From Octopus sinensis (taxonomy: Eukaryota), in NCBI RefSeq assembly GCF_006345805.1, contig NC_043012.1, forward strand, positions 45,012,001 to 45,076,000: 64,000 nt of DNA, in the 5' to 3' direction. The notes beneath the pieces were generated by a model, which worked only from the letters and a program-made list of their open reading frames with translations, did not search any database and was not told the origin of the DNA. Below are positions 12,807 to 26,096 of the stretch, in pieces (position 1 is the stretch's first letter; every line of letters starts with the position of its first letter). The position numbers and the translations under genes are program-made.

Positions 12807-15279
12807 CATCGAAACGTAAGTCTATCTTTCTTTCCTTCCCCGCGCGTCTGCTAATACTTTGCACGTTTCACGCCGTCGCGTTGTTGTTTTTTTTTGTTGT
12901 GCTTTTCTTCGTTTTTCTTTTCTTGTAAGGGAGATTAACTATATATATATATTTATACGCACGAAATTGCCTCACTGGCTGATAACTGATGAGTAACTGG
13001 GAACTTTCTGTGTCTATTCTCTGTTCGTCTGTCCATTTGCTATACGGTTTTTTTTTACCATAAATATATATATGCAAACAATATCACTAGCGCATACTTA
13101 ATGTGTGTTATTAAACGTTCGTATCTGCATTAATTCGTTTACGTAGGTCTTTTTCATGATGTATAATGTTAACATCCACAGAATTCTTCAAAGCTATGCG
13201 AAATGAAATCGTCCCAGAAGTGAACGTAAACAATAGATATCAATAATTTGCAGTTTTTCCTCTTCATCGGTGTCGGGTAGTTATTACTGTTTACCAATAC
13301 ACATACATGAAGCAAATGATATTGTTTATATTATTTAGCTGCATCTAACACAAAATTTGAATATACATAAATACATACATATATATATATAAATATATGC
13401 GTGTGTGTGTGTGTGTGTGTATACGTATATATGTTTATTTAGTCATACATATTTGCACATACACGTACGCTCACACACGCACACCACACACACATACACA
13501 TATGCACATATACATATATGGTAGACTTGCCGAACATGCTCCTAATGAAGAGCAACCGATGTTGATCTTGACCTCCGGTAGAAAACAAAATTGACGCAAA
13601 AAATGGAAGCATCTTCGCATCCCCCACATATATTTAATTATAATCTTTGTTTTATGTGGTGACTACCAAGGTTAATTAAAATAATTTAATTACCGTTTTA
13701 TAATATATTTTATAAACTTAAAACACTAAGGTTAATTAAACTGATTTAATTACCGTATATTTAAGAATCATTGTTTACGCGTGATAACTATTAAGACTAA
13801 TTAACTGACCTAATTCCGTTTTATAGTATATTCTATAACCATTGTTTACATGTCCGGCTGCTAAGAAACTACTATTCTCCGCGTCTGTTTTGTGTCGTTA
13901 ATCTCCTCCATTGTGCCAGTATTCCTTCTGATGAATAGGTTACTGATCATGTGTTATGTAACTTAAGTTGGATACCCGAATACTTAGCAACAATACTTTT
14001 CCCTATCTGTGTAGCTTCCGCTCTATAATGAACTTATTTTCGTAAATTGGACTCTGTACTTATGAAGTTTCCATCGAGCTAACAGTCACCTCTCTTACAC
14101 TTTAACAGTAACAAATTCCAGTTATTTGGTTAGAAGTCAGAGTTCACAATTCTATGTTCATATGAAATCTCTACAGCCCTACAAAATTCCCCAAATACCA
14201 CTCACCTTTCAGCTATATTTTGCTCGGTTTATCCCCTATTACCGAACTTCCAAATATGCTTCAAACCATTTTTCTTTCCACTGATGCCCCAACGATTTTC
14301 TAGACGTCAACCTTTCTTCCTTTCTAATATAATCTGATCATTGACTGACTTTTGAAATCAATCCCCTTCACCTGATCCTCTTTATATCCGGCATGTTCTG
14401 TTAACTAATTCGTTGTAAGATAGAATTACGTTGATTGCCTTGACCGATTCCATCAACCACATTTCTCTACCAACGGACGCTTACAAACAGCTAACCCCGA
14501 GCGCTTCCCCTATATCTTTAGAAATATTTCAGTGACGGTCAAACGCAGCTGACCTACCCATGTATATATTTAACAATACACACTGCTACACACATATCTT
14601 ACAACGCTCTTCTTTACTTTTCGCATATACGCGCCTACTTCATGCAGCCTAAAGAACCAGAAAAACTCTAAGCATGATCCCTCGATTTGCTAGAATGAGC
14701 TACCAAATCTCTCTTAATCACACGATACATAATCCGAAAACGACAGCAGCGACTTTTATACGTCTTACATGGACTGCATTATTATTGAAGGAAATCAGAG
14801 CATAGAAAAAATGTGCACGACAACCAAGCATCTACGAATGAAAGGTTAAAAAAGACAAAAAAAAAATGACAGCTAGCAACCTAAAACGCATCAACAAATG
14901 CTGTCTTTGATGACTTTATATATTGATAAACGCAGAGAACATTATAGTAGAAAATACGCCAGTTGTTTTAATTCGGTTTCTCAATGCCAAGTTCAAACAA
15001 GATTAAAGACATGCTTGTACAGTGGTTGCAAACGTGACAGCAAATATTTGGCTGATATTCCTACAAGATAACATGAATAGGGATAACGAATCCGCTACAA
15101 TGAGAGCCAAAACACCCACGAGTAACCCCCTATTTTGGATAATGGGGTCCGGGATGTAGTGTCTCTGAGAAAAGACGGGTTGTTCACGGCTGGAACGCAT
15201 TTAATCATTGACTTTGCTCGATCAGAGCTGACCTAACCTTGCTGATTATTAATAATTTCTAACATGCTGAGGACGCAGC

Positions 15280-15280
15280 A

Positions 15281-15311
<31 letters not shown>

Positions 15312-15406
15312 CTTCTTCTTCTTCTTCTTCTTCTTCTTCTTCTTTCTTCTTTCTTCTTCTTCTTCTTCTTCTTCTTTTTCTTCTTCTTCTTCTTCTTCTT
15401 CTTCTT

Positions 15407-15448
<42 letters not shown>

Positions 15449-15510
15449 TACTTACAACTATGACGACGACGACGATGACGGCGGCGGCAGCAGTTGCGGT
15501 TGCGGCTTTT
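15280..15510. repeat. Graded compound trinucleotide microsatellite (CTT)n-(CTA)n-(GAC)n-(GGC)n
   Basis: Direct. Confidence 0.95.
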
Positions 15511-16044
15511 GTTCTCCGAACAAGCCATATACGTAACGCCGATCATTCGTACCCTATTCCTCTTTTAGTCATCCGAGTCAACTATGTTCTACCGTTCTCT
15601 GTGCATGTTCAAAGGTAGAAATAGAAACGATGATAATGTTTTGCGTCGCAGGTCTACTAAAGATTAACTAGGGGTCATAAAAGAATAAGGATTCACGCCA
15701 TGTTCCCCTAACAGGTGAATAAGAAAACTGTAGTCACATGCAGTCCCCGAAACTCTCTCTGCTTACGTTTTCTACTTTCGTCAACTTATAGGTGGAATTG
15801 AATATCATCTATGCTAAACTTGCCTGCTGCGGCTGCTGTCTTTTCTCCTCGGACCAAAAAATTATAAAGACAACTGGCTCATTCATTTTCCTCTATTGCA
15901 GTTTCAAAGTCTCCTTCCATTGTATTTAATATATTCTTACTTGAAAGATGATTAAACGCGTAAGCACTAAATATTTGAATTCCAATCCATTTTTAATCTA
16001 CAACATATTACACTTCATGCGCTTCATTTCATTGAATTTATACA

Positions 16045-16080
<36 letters not shown>

Positions 16081-16253
16081 TATATACATACATACATACA
16101 CACATACACACATACATATATATATATATATACATACACATACATATATATGTATATATATGTATATATATATGTATATATATATATATATAATATATAT
16201 ATATATAATATATATATATATGTGTGTGTGTGTGTGGTGTGTGTGTGTGTGTG

Positions 16254-16943
16254 TGTGTATATTTGAAGCGCAAAACCACTAGGTGGTCGGCCGTATGCTA
16301 GATGTAGATCACCTACGATCAAACTACAAAGAAAGGAATGTTCTCTAGAGGAAAATTCAGCGGACACCAGAACGAAATGCAGGCAAGACAGATGAAAATT
16401 AAATAAAACACCAGAATTACTCATAGACCGGCGATTTCGCCTATTAACGAATGAATCACTTATGTAATCCATTGTCCATAGGCTCGTCATTGTGGTCGTC
16501 CCATAGGTAATGCAATTTGTAAAGCTAACCACCAGTATTCCGTATAAAAACAGACACGTACTTAGCGTCACCGATTACATTGGTGTTAATTTCAAATGTC
16601 TTAGTTCTGGCGCGCTAAAATTCCGGAAACAGAATCCGCAGTAAATAATTTACTGCAGTTAATGCTGCCTGTTAGAGAACATATTTATTTTATCATTTAA
16701 ATAATGAGGGAGATAAATTCAGTGCCCGCTGAATTTTCCTCTAGAGAACATTCCTTTCTTTGTAGTTTGATCGTAGGTGATCTACTTCTAGCATACGGCC
16801 GACCACCTAGTGGTTTTGCGCTTCAAATATACACATGTATTAGAATTTTGTCTGATTTTTCAGATTTTTGTATGCTAGGCTACAGATTTTAAATTGATAT
16901 TAAATAAATTAATATTCAATTTATCTCCCTCATTATTTAAATT
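16254..16943. mobile_element. HHR-bearing non-coding element with an inverted partial duplication (family H2)
   Basis: 16254-16363 is the reverse complement of 16727-16834 (one mismatch); 16695-16720 is the reverse complement of 16918-16943; homologous to 40540-40985; microsatellites on both sides. Confidence 0.85.
16422..16494 (-). ncRNA. Type I hammerhead motif, slightly degenerate (family H2)
   Basis: caca ATGACGA gccta...taggc GAAAT cgccg GT C tatg; C3-to-A change in the core, 5-bp stem II. Confidence 0.6.
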
Positions 16944-16953
16944 TATATATATA

Positions 16954-17022
<69 letters not shown>

Positions 17023-17679
17023 ATATGTATTATATATATGTATATATATGTTATTTATTTTTAATAGAACATTTTGTTTTATTAGTAGTAATGAAGAAAG
17101 AAAAAAGGGGAAAACATTATCTTTTCTATTAACGTGAAGCTTTCATATTTGAATTATTTAAGAAGTTCTTATTATTCCATTGAAGAGTGATATCCACTTG
17201 ACAGACTTATAAAAATGAATTTAGCTTGAATCAGTGTTGTTGAACCAATTCATCTTAGGATCTCTATAGGCTGCTAACTTAATGGTTTGAATACTGTTAA
17301 ATTCAGTAATTAATGATATGTTAATGAATAACTAAATAAAATAAAAAAATAAATAAAAAAATGAAAAAAAAAACAATGAAAATAAAATATGTATAAAAAA
17401 GAAAAAAATATAGAGAAAAAGAACATCAAAGAATATTCGATTGGAAACGGCGAGTTGTAATGATTGTTAATGGGATAGTACCATACCGTAATTTACATGT
17501 AACACCCACCGGTGTTTCTTTAATCATTAACTTTTCGTTTTAACAACAACATTAATAGTAACAACAAAAATAGTTTTAAAAAAGTCATAGAAAAAAATTA
17601 CAGCACTCTTAGATCCACCCATCAGCGTTAATCTATCCACCCAGCCCCCACACATGCACACAGCACCACTGCCTCGATT

Positions 17680-18720
17680 CATGCTCATCTTCACCATCAC
17701 CACTACCACCACCCTTATAACTACGAGCGTCATCACTGGCATCAATAGTGATAATAATAATAATAATAATAACAACAATAAAAAATTCTATCCTCACTGG
17801 CCCCTACCACTTGTATCGCCACCTCCACCATCTTCCCCCGCTGCTCACCATGGACAACAGCAGACACCTTCCTATCTATCCCCAGCACCACACATTACAG
17901 ATAATCTAATCTCCATTTATAGAGACATCACTATATCAACCAATATTATGCTACTCGAAGAGCTAAGCGCGCCACCGGCACCACGACCGCCACCGGCATC
18001 AGAGAGTAACACCAGCGCTAATAGAACTAGTCTAAGTAGCACCAAGACGGTCATCTCTACTTCATTTCCACTCTTCCACCCCAATCCACCCCAATAGCAT
18101 CCATCGCTACAGCCGCCATCAATAATATTAGGCTACAATCACCTCTGTCACTGGCGTCAGCATTTGGACATTCAACATGGCTGAACCGATCCCCAACATC
18201 ACTAACACCACCACTACGACAACGACAACAACGAAACATAGCACCAACACCGACACCATCATCATCACCACCACCACCACCACCACCACCAGAACCACCA
18301 CCACCACAACCAGAACCAACACCAACACTATCATCATCACCACCACCACCAGAACCAACACCAACACCATCATCACCACCACCACCACCACTACCACACC
18401 ACCAGAACCATCACCACCACCACCATCATCACCACCACCACCAGAACCAACACCAACACCATCATCACCACCACCATCACCACCACCACCATCATCACCA
18501 CCACCACCACCACCACCAGAACCACCACCACCACCACCACCACCATCATCATCATCATCTGTAGTAAGAGCAGCAGCATCGTCATTAGCGGTCAGCACAA
18601 CAGAAGCAGCGGCTTCGTTATCAGCAGTCTCAACAACAGAAGCATCATCATGATCTTCAACACTTTTATCCTCTTAATTATTATTGTCATCTTTACCTGT
18701 AACATCAGCCTCAGCCAACC
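17680..18720. repeat. Low-complexity (CAC/CAT/AAC) tract with Pro/Thr/Ser-rich ORFs
   Basis: Direct; ORFs 17654-18097 and 18177-18653 are in different frames. Confidence 0.8.
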
Positions 18721-18967
18721 CCTTCCGCAACCCGCCATCGCACCCTAATCATAACGATAAACACGATGATAATCAAAATTATTCCGAACAAAGTCAAAAG
18801 AAATATGTGGCAATGAAGAGATGAAATAAAAGGCTGGAATAGAAGAAGCGAGGGGAAATTAATTTGGAAACGTCAAGTGTGGAGGTTGGACCGGAATATA
18901 TTTAAATAGTAACGATAGCGCATTTCTTCTGTAACCTAAAGTATGGAAGCTGGGACGTACTACTTAC

Positions 18968-18985
18968 GTCATTAACACTGATTTT
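18968..18985 (-). CDS. Candidate 18-nt micro-exon (KISVND in phase 0)
   Basis: Acceptor ctattctgttcctag and donor gac|gtaagt on the minus strand. Confidence 0.35.
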
Positions 18986-19374
18986 CTAGGAACAGAATAG
19001 CGGTAATCAAAATTTGGCTGTCAATAGCTTCTAGTTTCAGTGTCACATCTGGTTGGCTGAGAGTTATCCATCGTGTTATTAGTATGATGATAGCACCACT
19101 GGAACTATGTCTAAGCCACTTCAATTTATTTCATCCACTTCACTTAATTTTAATCATGTAGGTCAGGCACTATTAAGTACTCTTATAAGTGTAGAGGTCA
19201 TTGGAATATTAATCAGTGTTAATTATCAATGTTGAGTTCGTTCCTGGCGTTGTATGGAAATGAAGGAAGTGTTGAAAGAGTCGTTATGTAAACAAACAGC
19301 ACATCGGGGACTAGGTAGATATATGAGGATTTCAATGGCCTTCTCTACGTAAGTGGCTACCATGAAGTATTTAC

Positions 19375-19399
19375 CATAAAGCCGTAGGTACCCGCTGTT
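19375..19399 (-). CDS. Candidate 25-nt micro-exon (xTAGTYGFM), frame-compatible with the 18985 exon
   Basis: Acceptor gattctccattctatag and donor atg|gtaaat; only one phase joins the next exon without a stop. Confidence 0.25.
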
Positions 19400-21359
19400 C
19401 TATAGAATGGAGAATCAATTCTGTGGCTGAAACTATTGAGTTCAATTTCTCTGATGAGCAACAGTCCAATCCAAGTAAAAGAATATTCGATCAGCTAATT
19501 CAACATAAACTAGAAATGATTTCATGTCTAGTAATTTATTGAGGTTTGGAATAAAGATTAGATATCGCCCTATAGGACATGACAATTACCGAGTTTAGTA
19601 CATACACCGGTTGTAGAATGACTAGGAGTCATCGTTTATTCCCTGGTTGTTTTAATTTTTAATGAGTCTAAAGTGAACAAAGACAAAGTGGTCTTGATAC
19701 AAAATAAAGATAAAATATAAAAAATAAAAACTTTCCTTTAAATTATGTATATTGAATAATAGACCACGAAACATGTTATGTGTTTGTCTTGTCTGCGCGG
19801 GATAATTGTAGCCTTATTTCTAGAAAAAGTACTTATCTTCTCGAAGAAACGAATGGGTTTAATGGGAATTATAATCAGTTAAATCTATAACACCAGTATT
19901 TTACTGTTATTTACTTCTTCGATGACTAGTTGACGAACGAAAAACCCTGATAGTTATAGATTTTAACACAGAACAGTAAGGAACTACTCTAGATAGAATC
20001 AAACTTCTGGTCATATTATTATGTTTTTCGGCTGAGGCTATTATAATTTTATTTCTGATAGAAGAATGACGTCTGTTTTACAGAGGAATAAGTAATGGGA
20101 TTCGGTGATAATAACTAATTTGGCAAAGAATCACCTGTTCTAACCAATAATGACTTTTATCTACAACGATTCGGCACTTTCCGACAATGCGAAAGAAAGA
20201 GGTCCTGGCTAAGACTGATTTAAGTTGCTTTCATTTGTTTTCTCGTGGTGGCCATCGTTTATATGGTCTGTCATGGTGCCATCCTTGATCAACGGTAAGG
20301 AAGGTCATTACATCTAAGAGAGACCAATCGGTTGCAGTGATTGCCAAAAAACTCAGTAATTCTTGACTCAAAACCTTAGTTGAACCCTATTCAGTTTGTA
20401 GATTTGACGGGTGGCTTATTGAATCCATCCGCTTCTCAGAGCAGGCATTGTTTTGGTTGTGTCTGGGTGCTCAAAAAATATGGAACGCAAATAACAATTT
20501 AATCTGGCATTGAAATCAACCACCAAATATATACTTAGGTATGGATATTTAAAACAATTTATAATTTGTTTTGAATGTACAGCAGTCATGTGACGCGTAT
20601 TGTATGCTTATTAATATATAATGTATTGATATTTTGATTGCACAAATTCAGGTAGAATAAACAGATAGTGTCTCTCACAGTTGTTAATTTGTAATGGATC
20701 GTATTTTCTCATGGATTATAATTATCACTTGTAAGGATTCGTTCGGGATATTGTGAAGCCGTTTTGATTATAGAATCATTTTAAATTTTCGCTCAATATC
20801 ATAAACGATTTATGATTTTTTGAACTACTGACAATGTCATTATGCGATTAGAACTTCATAGAAATTGGGTGGCGGTTTTTGTTATTGAAATGGCAACGAA
20901 ACTAAAATAACACTTTAATAACATGAACTCCCGACCTGAATTCTGAACGAATAGCTGAATAATAGAACTGGAGCTTATTCATTTGCAATGTAGCTTCTAT
21001 CACGTCTATAAGGACATATATGCATATATAACTAAGTTGCCACAGGCACACACACAAAGGATTGCGTGGGCGCGGACACGCACGCACATACATTCATATG
21101 TATACTCTAAATAAATTTTACTAGTACAGACATGTACTTTAAGGTTCACATATACATATATATATATTTATATATATATAGGAGATGTACCTGCATAGCA
21201 AGTGATTTGATCTGAGATCGTGTGCTGAAACGAAAACAATTGCAGCGTGGAAGGTGTTTGTAAGCCATTTAAGAAACACACAAAAGCCGTTCGATTCACT
21301 TCAACATTTAAGTTTAATTTGTCAAAATATTTTCGTCGCTTTAAGACCGCGACCTGTTC

Positions 21360-21390
<31 letters not shown>

Positions 21391-21589
21391 TACTCTCCTA
21401 TATATACGTACATACATATAAACACACACTTAAAGTATGGTCATACACACGCGCAGATACACAAACACACACATATGTTTATAGTCCTCAAAGGCACATC
21501 AAGCATCTATTCTCAAAATAGTGACTATAAGCGAACTCAGTTTCCTTAAAGCTTAGAGGACATAAAAATTATTTTCATATTTTGATACG

Positions 21590-21775
21590 AGGCCAGCAAT
21601 ATCGGTTGAAGTGTTAGGCCGATTACATCGATCTCAGCTGTTAGTTATTTTAACAACCGCAAAGGGATAAAAGGCAAAGTCGACCTCGGCGGAATCTGCA
21701 CGTAAAACGTAATGTCGGACGAAGCGCCGATAAGCATTTTGTTTGGCATGCTCACAATTCTGCCAGATCACCGTC
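21590..21775 (-). mobile_element. SINE family A
   Basis: aaaggcaaagtcgacctcggcggaat...tctgccag. Confidence 0.85.
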
Positions 21776-21985
21776 TTAGGGGAACATGATTTAATACAAA
21801 ATTCTGTCGACCAACTGATTTAAAAGCAACTCGAAGCAAATACGCATCTTTTGTTTATAGTGCTTCATAAAATCATAAAATGCTTAATAAAACCTGATAT
21901 TAGAAATGCATATCGTTTGGTGTATATTTATTAATGTGAAAGGTATAGACGGCTTATTAACCTAATCTATATGTATCTCAAAGAA

Positions 21986-22600
21986 GGTGGCGAGCTGGCA
22001 GAAACGTTAGCACGCCGAGCGAAATGCGTAGCCGTATTTCGTCTGCCGTTGCGTTCCGAGTTCAAATTCTGCCGAGGTCGACTTTGCCTTTCATCCTTTC
22101 GGGGTCGATAAATTAAGTACCAGTTACGCACTGGGGTCGATATAATCGACTTAATCCGTTTGTCGACTTTCTTTGTCCTCTCTGTGTTTAGCCCCTTGTT
22201 AGTAGTAAAGAAATAGGTATTTCGTCCGTTTTTACGTTCTGAGTTAAAATTCCGCTGAGGTCGACTTTGCCTTTCAACCTTTCGGGGTCGATAAATTGGG
22301 TACTGAGGTTCGATCTAATCAACTGGACACCTCACAAATAATTTCAGGATTTGCGCCTAGAGTGGAAAAGGATATTTACCTTAATGCGGCGAGCTGGCAG
22401 AATCGTTAGCACGCTTGGCAAAATGCTCGGTAGCTTTTCGACCGTCTTAACGTTCTGAGTTCTAATTCCGCCGAAGTCGACTTTGCCTTTAATCATTTTG
22501 GGGTCGATAAAATAAACACCAGTTGAATACAGGGATCGATGTAATTGACTTCCACTTTCTCCCAAAACTGCTGACCTTGTGCGAAAATTTGAAATTAATA
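21986..22600 (+). mobile_element. Three head-to-tail SINE family A copies
   Basis: Starts at ~21986, ~22216 (5'-truncated) and ~22385; each has gagtt..aattc.gccga.gtcgactttgccttt. Confidence 0.9.
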
Positions 22601-22914
22601 TTTTTCTTAAAGCGATCTTTTCGTCTCGTCTGTAGCATAGCATATTGTAAAAAAATGACTTAACTGGGGGAGTGGTTCGAATAACGACTTCTGTATCATA
22701 AGTGACTCGTGAAAGTTGTATTCAACTGTCAGAATTCCTCAGAAGAACCTGCTTGGAAATCCTGAGAAAGAATTCAGACATATACCAGCAAGTCGAAATA
22801 AGCTTGTTTGTTGAAGTGCAATATGGTAGAGAATGCGATTGTTGGCAAGGAGAGATATAACTAAATGTTGATCTGTTCTTGAATGTCTGTGCAATATCCA
22901 ATATTATTTCAAAT

Positions 22915-23065
22915 TTTGGCACCAGTTCAGCAATTTCGGAGGCAGATGTAAGTCATTTAGATCTAACTTAGTGTTGAACTGCTACTTATTTTATATTGAC
23001 CCCGAAAGAATGAAAGCCAGAGTCAACCTCGACGAAAGTTGAGCTCAAGATCATAAAGACGGACA
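22915..23065 (-). mobile_element. Degenerate SINE family A fragment
   Basis: tattgaccccgaaagaatgaaagc..agtcaacctcg. Confidence 0.7.
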
Positions 23066-23479
23066 ATATAAAAAAATCGGATGCTTCAGATTCTAAAAAA
23101 ATAAATATATATCTATGTATACACAAATATATTATCATGTAAAATGATATTTCAATATAAGAAATACCACTTTTAGAGAGGAAAGAAAACTTAGTCTATC
23201 ACCTAAATGAAACATTATCTTTTGCTTGGCGAGCGTTATTTTATATCTGGATATTTCTTTGTAGCGAAGGATTGATTACATTCCATACATATAAATAGAT
23301 AATGCATACATTGAAAGCCTACATATCACAATAAACTTCTTCTGTTTGAGGATAATGCATAAATTCATTCATGGATTGTAATTACTGAAAAGAAGAGTGA
23401 AAATATCGGAATATCCGTGTAAAATAATTACAAATGGCGAATAACTGATAAAACATATCAATACTGATGGTATGAATGA

Positions 23480-24000
23480 CTGACTAAATAATTAAAGAAT
23501 CAAAAATTATCAGTAGATAAAGACAACTACTAAACCTGAAAAGACTCCCAACAAAGGCAAAATTCACATTGGCGAAAGAAATAGCGAACTTTAGAGACAA
23601 TCGTTGTGGGACGTATAAAAAAAAGAAAACAAAAAAAAACATGAACAAGAAACAACTAAAAGATTTAAGAATTGGAAAGAATTGAAGATGAATGCCAACA
23701 TGAATTGCAAAACAAAAACTTGCATCTATTGCATCACAGGCTTTCAATGCAATGAGAATTTTCTTGGAGAAGCAGGAGCAAAATTAAACAGCCATCTGAG
23801 AATGAACAAACAGCAAATTAAGAATTTGTCTCTTAGAACTGTTCCATCTGGCGGACATCTAGGCAATTAGACAAATAAAAAATTCAAAATATTTCCCTTT
23901 TTTCAAAATAAAAGAAACAAAATGTTCAACTACGAAAGGAAAAGCAGAATAGTTTATAAGAATTGTTAATCCAAAACTAACGAGAAACAGACAGCACTAT
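23480..24000 (+). mobile_element. Degenerate Penelope-like GIY-YIG endonuclease fragment
   Basis: Translation MNCKTKTCIYCITGFQCNENFLGEAG...KQQIK...FKIFPFFK...FIRIVNPKL matches the PLE endonuclease pattern IYCI.C..C...YIGETG; stops and frameshifts present. Confidence 0.75.
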
Positions 24001-25014
24001 TGTTGACAACAAGATCCTTTGAAAACCATTTAAAAAAAAATAATTAACACACACACACACACACGCACACTCACACACACATACTCACACAGACTCACAT
24101 ATACAGAGACTCACACACACACAAGAGGCGGTGACCTAGCATGAGCATAGTCTGAAATAAACGATAAAAGTTATATACAGATATCTGTGGCTGAGGATAT
24201 ACCTGAGTGTGTATGAATAGGTGTGTATCTGTGTAAAACATTCATGTAAAACAATGTGCATCAGACAGCTTAGATAAATTTAAGGTAATTAAATGACAAT
24301 TATTAAAGACTTTGCTATGACATTCCAAACAGATGTTATTACACAACATTCTCATTCTTTGACTGTGGATTATTTAGTTCTAATTCGATAATTTCATCAT
24401 TTATACTAATACAATGTTTCAATTCACTGTCTGCATTACGTGTAGTAATGTTGTTACGAAAATTTGCCTATTGTCCCTGGAGTCAATTACTTTATCATCT
24501 AGAGAACTAATACTTCGACTAGCTCTTATAACTGACGTTGTTATTTGTTGTACTGTTTTTATAACTTTCGTGCGTTATAAATATGATTGAAGTGATCCAG
24601 TTTAAATGTGTTGCCCTCTATGATGACAAATATCCAATTAGAATTAAATCGTCCGTAATATATTCAGCCCTAACCGATCTTAAACGCTTAATCCAGATTG
24701 GCCATTTTAATGTTAATGGTATGAAATCTATGCATCACTGGAGCGTGTTCTACCTTAAATGGCAATAAATCATCCTCATCAATCAATGGGCTGATATGCA
24801 TTTCTTTTGTACAGGGCGAGTAGGAAAAAATCCCCGGCAAGCTCGTGGACAAAGGAAAGCCATGACTTAGACTGCTCTGTGTTGCTAGCGACTGGAAGGA
24901 TGAAGTAGACCAGAGGGAAGCTTTCGTATTCGCTTACCATATGGCGCTAACGAAGCAATACTGCGATCTTATGCATTAGTCTGGCCTGACAAGAAGGCTC
25001 TGTGACAACCGATT

Positions 25015-25170
25015 TTGGTGTGTCTGCATCCCCGTAACTTAGCGTTTCGGCAAAACAACCGATAGAATAAGTACCAGGCTTACAAAGAATAAGTCCAGTG
25101 TCGATTTCCTCGACTAAAAGGCGGTGCTCTAGAATGGCCACAGTCAAAGTGACTGAAAGAGTCAAAGTGT
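25015..25170 (+). mobile_element. 3' part of SINE family B
   Basis: ccccgtaacttagcg.ttcggcaaaa...gatagaataagtacc...ggcggtgct. Confidence 0.85.
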
Positions 25171-25201
25171 AAAACTATATATGTACGTATATACGCATAT
25201 A

Positions 25202-25442
25202 TACAGTAATCCCTCGCCATATCGCGGTTCACCTATCGCGGTTCACCTATCGCGGTACACCTATCGCGGTTTATTATTTAAGCTTACGTCGATTCCTCCG
25301 TGGTGTTGCTTTGCATTTATAAAAAAATATATATAAATTATAAAAATAAAAAAAGATATACAGTGCAGTACTGTTTCGCAGATTGTCACCTATGGCAGTG
25401 TGTTTTGGAAGTAACACCCGCGATAGTCGAGGGATTCTTGTA
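25202..25442. mobile_element. Tigger/pogo-like MITE
   Basis: TA-cagtaatccctcg ... cgagggattcttg-TA terminal inverted repeats; internal atcgcggttcacct tandem of about 4 copies. Confidence 0.75.
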
Positions 25443-26056
25443 CACATAGGCACACATAATTAGAAGTGGTGCATAGCTCAAAAATGAACACTCAGCTATA
25501 CTCAAACTAGATGACCCTATAATTTAACGACAATCACGCAAAGGATGTCACATAACTCCAGGTCCAGTGGAAGAACGATAGACTTGCGTCCGTGAAAAGT
25601 GCATATTTGTACCTAGGACGAACGTAGTCAAGATGGCGGAAGAAGGAAAATGAGCATTGCGCCCAAAGCTTTCGCGCATTTCACAATCATAAGTCTACCA
25701 TACTTGAACTAAACCTGGAGTGTTTTCTATGATCGACATTGGATTACACACATATATACACACTCACACATAGACACACACGCATGCACGCGTACACACA
25801 TGCATGTTTACATGTGCATAGATATAGTTGACCTCTCAGTTATTCGTTTCGGACTGGTTTAGTGTAATATGCATAAAGACTATTGTATTTTGACTATTGT
25901 ATTCTTTACAGATTAACCATAATCCAAATCATAGTTTTCTTTTTGAAGAAATAACTGCCATAAAAATGTATATCTCTAGTAAAATAGCACATTTTGCTGA
26001 GACAATCTATTTTGTAATGATAATATTATTTCAGATTCTTCACCAACTATATTTCC

Positions 26057-26096
<40 letters not shown>

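Noticed and set aside
13900-14560. Possible old LINE 3' end
   Set aside because: No convincing motif could be translated
20228-20510. Possible two-exon plus-strand peptide (FICFLVVAIVYMVCHG...) with a gtaagg donor
   Set aside because: No start codon or upstream exon, and two frames fit equally well
21321-21362. HHR-like GTCGC/GCGAC-GAAA-ATATT on the minus strand
   Set aside because: The core reads ATGAACA (two changes) and the 5' strand of stem I is replaced by (TA)n
25212-25270. Short 14-bp direct repeats resembling a CRISPR-like array
   Set aside because: Contiguous tandem repeats without spacers, inside a MITE, in a eukaryotic genome
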